A stretch of DNA of 64,000 nucleotides from Candidatus Sysuiplasma superficiale (GTDB taxonomy: Archaea; Thermoplasmatota; Thermoplasmata; Sysuiplasmatales; Sysuiplasmataceae): the NCBI GenBank assembly GCA_019720975.1, contig JAGVSJ010000001.1:34400-98399 (forward strand), written 5' to 3'. A program made the position numbers and the translations under genes. Positions 57,567 through 64,000 of the stretch are shown here, piece after piece. The first letter of the stretch is position 1; each line of letters starts with the position of its first letter. The notes under the pieces were generated by a model. That model had not been told where the DNA came from, ran no database searches, and worked only from the letters and a program-made list of their open reading frames with translations.

Positions 57567-57751
57567 ACACAATCACTCCATACACGTATCAACATTCATA
57601 CAAATATAATTTTGCAAAATATATCTTTGAGTGGATGACGGTTTGCATGTAATGAAAATAATTACGTCTGAAAGGAAAAATGTGAAAAGCGAAGGAAAAA
57701 ATGTTATGCGGAAAGGTTTGAAATATGCTTGATAAGGGCCGATGATTATTT

Positions 57752-59080
57752 TCAGTCGGTCTGTGAAACCTGACTCTTCCTGAATATATCATTCACACCG
57801 GTACCAGTGTTGGCATTGCGGGAGAAAATGGCAGCAAGATAGTCCGAACATTCAGAGAGGGCGGCTTCGAAAGCTTCATCACTCCCCGACAGTGATGCTC
57901 CATGGAGAGATGAGGATACATGGCATATCAACTCCCTTAACGGTCCGGTCTGGTCATATTTCACTGAGAGTGCAGATATGAACGAAGCTATCTTCTGCTC
58001 AACATCATGACTGTGTTTTCCGGTGAGGATCGAGATAACGTGCTGAGAGTGGCCTGCTGTTATCGCATCGAGTGCACTTTCAAGAGCGTACTGACCTTGA
58101 TTTTCAGCCGCCGGAGGGGCGAACTGAGTGGCAAGCTGGGTCAGGTGGGCTGCAGAGAGCAGCAGTTCCATTGTGGATATTCCGCTTTTCTCATCATCAG
58201 TTCTTTCCATTTCCAGGGCAGCATGAAGGTTCTGAATCAGAAACTCGAACTGACCCTTCCTGTTTGACTGAAGTGAATGTCTCAGCGCTTCAGTGAAAAG
58301 CAAACCGCTGATATGCTGCACGGCTACGCCGTCCATTAACTGTGATTTGATGACATTTACAGCGACATCAGATATGCCTGCCCTGACTGCATATATTACC
58401 TTCATGTCCTCTCTTTCATCTGGTATGAAACTGTTTTCAGCCACTCTCTCCGAAGGAAAATCATCCTTCCTGAGTCCCTTCAGTATCGCTGAAAAGTCTG
58501 ATGACACAGGCGTTCCGCACAGGCACCCGGACATCAGCACAGAGCCGTTCTCAAGTGTATCTTCATGCTCACTTATGCACCTCAGTGAGTTGAGAATTGT
58601 GAGGGGCGGCCCCGAAAATGAATACCGTCTGGAAGACTCTTCCCGGAATATATGAAAGAGCTCCTCTTTCATTCCCCTTGACGCCATTTCGGCAGCGATG
58701 CGTTCAGAACGTCCTCCCTCTCCAGAATTGAGGGCGTCGACAAGTTCCATCATCAGCTGATTTCGCGTAAGGGAACCTCCCGACTCACCAATTGCGGCAT
58801 GGTAATCCCTGCCCGCAATGAGGGAAGCGGCATGCAGAAGGGGAAGCTGTGTCTGAAGGCCTTCAAGGTAAGTGTTTATGTGCTTAGAATTGTGGACTAT
58901 CCTCAGCGGGAGGTAGAAATCATCCGAACGGCGGACTGACGCTGATGCACAGGCGATTATGTCGAAATTTCGAGTGTATCCAAGCACCCGGAAAGCCAGG
59001 ACCGCTGCGGCCACTGCCTCTTCACGTTTACCGTGGAGAATCTTACGGTATATCCTTTCGTCGAAAGAGCTTTCATCCAT
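57752..59080 (-). CDS. Hypothetical alpha-helical protein with internal repeats
   Basis: 442-aa ORF with recurring L.dAl.aG....a helices; no recognised catalytic motif. Confidence 0.7.
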   Translation of the reverse strand: MDESSFDERIYRKILHGKREEAVAAAVLAFRVLGYTRNFDIIACASASVRRSDDFYLPLRIVHNSKHINTYLEGLQTQLPLLHAASLIAGRDYHAAIGESGGSLTRNQLMMELVDALNSGEGGRSERIAAEMASRGMKEELFHIFREESSRRYSFSGPPLTILNSLRCISEHEDTLENGSVLMSGCLCGTPVSSDFSAILKGLRKDDFPSERVAENSFIPDEREDMKVIYAVRAGISDVAVNVIKSQLMDGVAVQHISGLLFTEALRHSLQSNRKGQFEFLIQNLHAALEMERTDDEKSGISTMELLLSAAHLTQLATQFAPPAAENQGQYALESALDAITAGHSQHVISILTGKHSHDVEQKIASFISALSVKYDQTGPLRELICHVSSSLHGASLSGSDEAFEAALSECSDYLAAIFSRNANTGTGVNDIFRKSQVSQTD

Positions 59081-59134
59081 AAACTTGCTGTGGAAAAGTG
59101 TGACTGTTCTTAAAACAGCTGCGTATCCCCAGGA

Positions 59135-59617
59135 TCAGCCTGTTTTCTTCCTCTCTTTTGCCCTTTCAATCCTCAGGTTTCTTCTCTTCTCTCCCTCAGC
59201 GTAAAGCCTCCTTTCCTCGTCTGTCGTGAGAATGAGCCTTGGAGCAGGTTTGGGATGACCGTCCCTGTCAAGCGAAACGAGGGTGACAATTGAATCGCCG
59301 GCATGCTGGCGTTCCCCTGTCATGAGGTTTTCTGCAGTGACACTGACAAATACCTCCATCGAACTGTTGCCCACATAAGTCAGTTTTGCGTCCAGGGAAA
59401 GAAGATCGCCGACATGTACAGGATAGAGAAAGTCCATATGCTCTATCGAGGCTGTGACTACGTTAGAGTTGCAGTGCCTGAGCGCAACCAGGCCTGATAC
59501 CTCATCAACCATTTTCAGTATTGTGCCACCGAAGACATTTCCAGCAATATTTGCGTCAGTTGGCATCATCACCCTCGATATATGTGATGCACTGTCAGAT
59601 ACTTTCTTTTCGGGCAT
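59135..59617 (-). CDS. Acyl-CoA thioesterase (hotdog fold, YciA-like)
   Basis: MMPTDANIAGNVFGG.ILK.VDE, VTAS, VGNSSMEV; start ATG 59617 with GGTGA RBS. Confidence 0.92.
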   Translation of the reverse strand: MPEKKVSDSASHISRVMMPTDANIAGNVFGGTILKMVDEVSGLVALRHCNSNVVTASIEHMDFLYPVHVGDLLSLDAKLTYVGNSSMEVFVSVTAENLMTGERQHAGDSIVTLVSLDRDGHPKPAPRLILTTDEERRLYAEGEKRRNLRIERAKERKKTG

Positions 59618-59847
59618 GAAATCACCTTGACGCATTATACAGTGATTGAATATAATGTCATGCAGGGATAGAATGGGCAGGGGCCCTCACTGTGAGGCAG
59701 AGAGGTGGTTAAAGGCCGGCACGCATCTCAGAATTGCGTTCAAGATTCCGGCGGAAAAGACCTGCAAAACTGGTGGAGTTCCATCGATTCAGAAAATTTA
59801 ATTACGGGGCGCGTACTCATTCGTAGAAAACCGTGAGTAGTGAAGGG

Positions 59848-59940
59848 ATGCTTACAGCAGGCTACGTGGTGGTAATCGTTTTCGTAATACTGACAATCTC
59901 CTACCTTACATACGCTCTGCTTCACCCTGAAAAATTCTGA
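59848..59940 (+). CDS. kdpF: K+-transporting ATPase subunit F (30 aa; not in ORF track)
   Basis: MLTAGYVVVIVFVILTISYLTYALLHPEKF*; single TM with the YL.YAL..PE.F signature immediately upstream of kdpA. Confidence 0.9.
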   Translation: MLTAGYVVVIVFVILTISYLTYALLHPEKF

Positions 59941-59952
59941 AGGGATATTAAT

Positions 59953-61644
59953 TTGATACCGATCGTATCCTTCATTCAGATTGCCTTTCTCCTCTTCCTT
60001 ATCCTTCTCCTGTCAAAGCTGTTGGGCGGCTACATGGCGAGACTATACCTTGGTAAGAGGATGGCCGTAGACCGTTTCATGCTGCCTGTTGAGAACGCAA
60101 TATACAGGATTCTCGGTGTGAATCCGAAGATCGAAATGGACTGGAAGGAGTATCTGAAAGCGCTTCTGCTGACTAACCTTTCCTTCGGCGTGGTCTCATT
60201 TCTTGTTCTGTATTTCCAGCAGCTGCTGCCCCTCAACCCAAATCACGTCGGGAGTTTGCCGCTGCTTCTCAACCTGACAACAGTATCTTCCTTTCTTACA
60301 AACACAAATATACAGCACTACACGGGTGAACTGCAGCTCAGCTATTTCTCGCAGATGGGCGCGATCACATTTCTTATGTTTGTTTCTGCCGCGACAGGAA
60401 TTGTTGCTGCTGTCGCCTTCATCCGGGGGATTGTGAACCAGAATTCTAAGGTTGGAAATTTCTATAAGGACTTTGTAACAACCATCACCCGTATACTCAT
60501 ACCGATCAGCGCTGTCGAAGCAATTGTATTCATATATCTGGGGATGCCCCAGACCTTCCAGGCCGCGATCATAGCCCACACCATCGACATGGGAAATCAG
60601 TACATCTTTAGGGGACCGGTTGCAAGCCTTGAATCGATAAAGTTTCTCGGCACGAACGGAGGAGGCTTCTTCGGTGCCGACTCTTCCTATCCGTTTGAAA
60701 ACCCTGGCCCTGTTTCCAATTATCTTGAACTGATATCTGAGGCTGTGATCCCTTTCGGGCTGATATTTTCATTCGGTCACATCATAAGGAATCCGAAACA
60801 GGCAAGGGTGCTTATTGCGGTAACCGTCTCCATCCTTCTGATAGCAGTGGGCATATCACTCTATGCTGAATACCTGCCAAATCACATTATCTCCGGTCTG
60901 CCTGTGAATCAGTCGTCCGGAAACTGGGCCGGGAAGGATACGCGTTTCTCAATTGCTGAATCAACATTCAGCCTCATATTGAACACCTACACAATGACAG
61001 GGGGACCCAACGTGAATATAAATCAGATGAGTCCCCTCTCGATAGGAGTTGCAATTTTCGGAATGGAACTGCAGGGAACTCCGGGAGGCGTTGGCACAGG
61101 ACTGATAACGCTCCTGGTATACATGATGCTGGCAGTTTTCATCTCCGGCCTTATGGTTGGCCGGACTCCGGAATTCATAGGTAAGAAGATCTCGACCGGT
61201 GTGATGCGTTATGCCGTTATTTTTGTTCTCCTTCATCCAATACTCATACTCATACCGACTGCGATAACCATCCTTTCAGGTTTTTCAAGATTCATCTTCC
61301 TCCCTCCAAATGAGGCGTTCACAGCGCTGCTGTACGAGTTCACATCAGCTGCCGCAAACAACGGTTCGGCCATGGGCGGTGTTGTGTCGCCTCAGAATTC
61401 TGCCTTTTTTTATATTGCAGAGGCAGCGGTGATGATTATAGGAAGATATGCACCAATTGCCATTGCACTATCCATATGCGGCGTCCTTTCGTCTACCAAG
61501 ATTTCGTCGCAGGCAAAAACTGTTATGATGACAGACGATCCTGTTTTCGGCGTCTTTCTCTTCGGTTTTATAATTGTTATGAGCGCACTGCTGTTCCTGC
61601 CAGTTCTGGTGCTAGGGCCGCTTGCCGGCTTCCTGGGGGGATGA
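59953..61644 (+). CDS. kdpA: K+-transporting ATPase subunit A
   Basis: SFLTNTNIQHY, LGTNGGGFFG, PFENP, LMVGRTPE, SAAANNGS. Confidence 0.96.
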   Translation: MIPIVSFIQIAFLLFLILLLSKLLGGYMARLYLGKRMAVDRFMLPVENAIYRILGVNPKIEMDWKEYLKALLLTNLSFGVVSFLVLYFQQLLPLNPNHVGSLPLLLNLTTVSSFLTNTNIQHYTGELQLSYFSQMGAITFLMFVSAATGIVAAVAFIRGIVNQNSKVGNFYKDFVTTITRILIPISAVEAIVFIYLGMPQTFQAAIIAHTIDMGNQYIFRGPVASLESIKFLGTNGGGFFGADSSYPFENPGPVSNYLELISEAVIPFGLIFSFGHIIRNPKQARVLIAVTVSILLIAVGISLYAEYLPNHIISGLPVNQSSGNWAGKDTRFSIAESTFSLILNTYTMTGGPNVNINQMSPLSIGVAIFGMELQGTPGGVGTGLITLLVYMMLAVFISGLMVGRTPEFIGKKISTGVMRYAVIFVLLHPILILIPTAITILSGFSRFIFLPPNEAFTALLYEFTSAAANNGSAMGGVVSPQNSAFFYIAEAAVMIIGRYAPIAIALSICGVLSSTKISSQAKTVMMTDDPVFGVFLFGFIIVMSALLFLPVLVLGPLAGFLGG

Positions 61645-61645
61645 C

Positions 61646-63685
61646 ATGGCAGGGACAGCCGATCTGAACAGATTGAGAAAGAAGTTCTTCATTGACGCAG
61701 TTTACGGCTCATTGAAGGGGTTCGATCCAAGGATTGCAGTCAGGAATCCTGTCATGTTTGTCGTATACATCAGCACGGTATTCGTTGCCATGATAACATT
61801 CCTCCCCGGTCTGTTTACAGGCATGATAGGGAAGGGGTACGGTTTCTCCTACTACGTGGCAATCTTCCTCATACTGATTGCAACACTCTGGTTTGCGAAT
61901 TTCTCTGAGGCTTTCGCTGACGCTCAGGGCAAGGCAAATGCAGAATCCCTTCGCAGTCTTAAATCTGAGACAACCGCAAGACTGCTTTCTGCAGACGGCA
62001 GAATAGAGGAGGTAAGGACTGAAAAACTGAGGAAGGGAGACATCATACTGTTGCGGGAGGGGGACACAGTACCCATAGACGGTCAGGTGGTTGAAGGGGC
62101 CCTCGTCGTCAATGAATCAATGATGACAGGTGAGTCAGAGCCCCAGGTCAAGGAGACAGGGGGAGACAAGGACTCTGTTCTTGGCGGAACCACTGTTGTC
62201 TCCGGACAAGGGAAGATAAAGGTAAGCAATGATCCTGGAAGTACCTTCCTTGACCAGATGATAAGTCTTGTTGAGGGTGCGAACAGGCAGAAAACACAGA
62301 ATGAAATGGCGCTTTCCCAGCTGCTGGTAGCACTCAGCCTTGTCCTTGTGATAGTCATCGCGACAGTTATACCGGTCGCAGCTTTCTTCAGATTCACCGT
62401 CGACATGGGTGCACTGATAGCCCTCCTGGTCTGTCTTCTGCCGACAACAATTGGAGCCCTTCTGCCTGCAATAAGGATTGCCGGTGTCAACAGGGTGGTG
62501 AAATACAACGTCATAGCGAAGTCCGGAAAGGCTGTGGAAACTTCTGGCGATGTGGACGTCCTTCTCCTTGACAAGACGGGCACGATAACCATTGGCAACA
62601 GGGTCGCAACACGAATAATACCCGCACCCGGAAAGGATGAGGCAACCGTGCTCAGATACGCATATCTCTCGTCTGCAATGGATACGACACCGGAGGGCAT
62701 GTCAACAATGAAGCTTGCATATGCAAAGGGCGCGAGAATAGACAAGAGCATTCTTTCCCAGATAAAACCTATCCGCTTCACAGCTGAAACAAGAATGAGC
62801 GGTTCTGACTTAGGCGATGAGCGCATAAGAAAGGGTTCTGCCGACGCAATGGAGAAGAATGGGACAGTCATACCCGAAGATATCAGAAGGGAGATTCACA
62901 GCGCAGCAATGGAGGGCTCAACACCTCTGCTCCTTGCCGTGAACAACGAAGTTCTCGGCCTCATCATCCTTCAGGACCTCATGAAACCGGGAATAGATGC
63001 GAGGATACATGAACTGAAGAATATGGGAATACGGACGATAATGGTTACAGGCGATAACTTCCTGACAGCCCAGACGATAGCAAAGAAGTCAGGTGTCGAT
63101 GAGTTCAGGGCGGAAGCCAAACCCCAGGACAAACTCGAAATCATAACAAGGGAGCAGGGAAGAGGACATCTCATTGCCATGACAGGTGACGGTTCGAATG
63201 ACGCACCGGCACTTGCTCAGGCAGATGTCGGACTTGCGATGAATTCGGGAACTGCTGTGGCAAAGGAGGCAGCAAATATGGTTGATCTTGACTCGGACCC
63301 CACAAAACTCATTGAGATAGTTGCGCTTGGAAAGCAGCTGCTAATAACACGCGGGGCGCTGACAACATTCAGCATTACAAACGATGTTGCGAAATACTTC
63401 GCAATAATACCTGCCATGTTTGCTGCGTACCTTCCCTCACTTGAGGCTGTAAATATACTGGGAATACAATCTCCCCAGATCGCAATACTTTCCACACTCC
63501 TTTTCAATGCGATAGTCATACCAATGCTGATTCCCATAGCCATGAGAGGAGTGAGGTTCGAGGCTACTGGCCCCATAGCACTCCTGAGACGGAATATAAT
63601 TCTATACGGAGGGGGCGGCCTGCTTTCTGCATTTGTAGGAATAAAACTCATAGCAATTCTGATGGGGGTAGTCCTTCATGTCTGA
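61646..63685 (+). CDS. kdpB: K+-transporting ATPase subunit B
   Basis: RNPVMF, TGES, DKTGTIT.GNR, KGS, TGDG.NDAPALA, TRGALTTFS; start ATG 61646. Confidence 0.97.
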   Translation: MAGTADLNRLRKKFFIDAVYGSLKGFDPRIAVRNPVMFVVYISTVFVAMITFLPGLFTGMIGKGYGFSYYVAIFLILIATLWFANFSEAFADAQGKANAESLRSLKSETTARLLSADGRIEEVRTEKLRKGDIILLREGDTVPIDGQVVEGALVVNESMMTGESEPQVKETGGDKDSVLGGTTVVSGQGKIKVSNDPGSTFLDQMISLVEGANRQKTQNEMALSQLLVALSLVLVIVIATVIPVAAFFRFTVDMGALIALLVCLLPTTIGALLPAIRIAGVNRVVKYNVIAKSGKAVETSGDVDVLLLDKTGTITIGNRVATRIIPAPGKDEATVLRYAYLSSAMDTTPEGMSTMKLAYAKGARIDKSILSQIKPIRFTAETRMSGSDLGDERIRKGSADAMEKNGTVIPEDIRREIHSAAMEGSTPLLLAVNNEVLGLIILQDLMKPGIDARIHELKNMGIRTIMVTGDNFLTAQTIAKKSGVDEFRAEAKPQDKLEIITREQGRGHLIAMTGDGSNDAPALAQADVGLAMNSGTAVAKEAANMVDLDSDPTKLIEIVALGKQLLITRGALTTFSITNDVAKYFAIIPAMFAAYLPSLEAVNILGIQSPQIAILSTLLFNAIVIPMLIPIAMRGVRFEATGPIALLRRNIILYGGGGLLSAFVGIKLIAILMGVVLHV

Positions 63686-64000
63686 TACGAGAAGATCTGG
63701 TGTGCTCAGACCGGTTGTAATGCTGACAGTGCTGATGTTCGTCCTTTGCGGCTTTGCCTATCCTGCATTCGTTGCGGCTGCTGGCAGTGCCCTGGGACTC
63801 GGTTGGCAGGAGAATGGCAGCCTGATAAAGATGAACGGAACTGTAGTGGCGTCTGAACTCATCGGTGAGAAGTTCAGCTCACCGATGTATTTCTGGCCGA
63901 GAGTTTCCGCGGTGAATTACAATTCTTTGAATGGCTCGGGCGGTTCCTCCATAGGCATAGCCACGCTCGAATTCTACAATCAGACTAAAAACTACACCGA
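63678..64000 (+). CDS. kdpC: K+-transporting ATPase subunit C (partial, runs off window)
   Basis: Manual translation MSDTRRSGVLRPVVML...GFAYP...NGSLI...SELIGEKF...YFWPR.SA. Confidence 0.92.
   Translation, partial: MSDTRRSGVLRPVVMLTVLMFVLCGFAYPAFVAAAGSALGLGWQENGSLIKMNGTVVASELIGEKFSSPMYFWPRVSAVNYNSLNGSGGSSIGIATLEFYNQTKNYT

Noticed and set aside
59640-59847. c-di-AMP (ydaO) riboswitch upstream of kdp
   Set aside because: The conserved ydaO sequence elements are not visible, and part of the region is explained by the promoter and kdpF
1-64000. CRISPR arrays, tRNA/rRNA genes, transposases, integrases, prophage or defence genes
   Set aside because: No regularly spaced repeats, cloverleaf or rRNA sequence, or mobile-element motifs were recognised by eye; tRNAscan-SE, Infernal and CRISPR finders would be needed to exclude them formally

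Overview
This is a gene-dense, roughly 50% GC chromosomal window that looks archaeal, most plausibly an acidophilic Thermoplasmatota lineage. That placement is inferred from a C/D-box sRNA, archaeal Trm112, Sfm1-like SPOUT, HTH-CBS and KaiC-like genes, TATA-like promoters, GGTGA ribosome-binding sites and kdpFABC. The centrepiece (about 13.6-32.1 kb) is a large sulfur-oxidation supercluster. It contains aprM-aprB-aprA-sat of the sulfur-oxidizer lineage I type, a divergent Lrp/AsnC regulator, dsrE and tusA, a complete sHdrC1B1A-H-C2B2 operon, lbpA, a lipoate ligase, an Mrp Fe-S carrier and a dsrEFH-like trio, and it is followed by a bacterial-type PEP carboxylase. A near-palindromic TGACAWTGTCA motif recurs in three promoter regions of the cluster. 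Also present are an Ehr-type hydrogenase-like complex without Ni-binding cysteines, aguBA, a class II LysRS, an NfeD/stomatin module, a three-gene KaiC-like cluster, a thrC-like/ubiquitin-like sulfur-carrier pair and kdpFABC. Reading outside the ORF track revealed a C/D-box guide RNA (predicted 16S Cm1402), an 18-aa Lys/Ala peptide gene, a 56-aa zinc-finger ORF, kdpF and a probable ATT start codon for pdxS. No tRNA, rRNA, CRISPR array or mobile element was recognised. All family calls come from motif recognition, not database searches.
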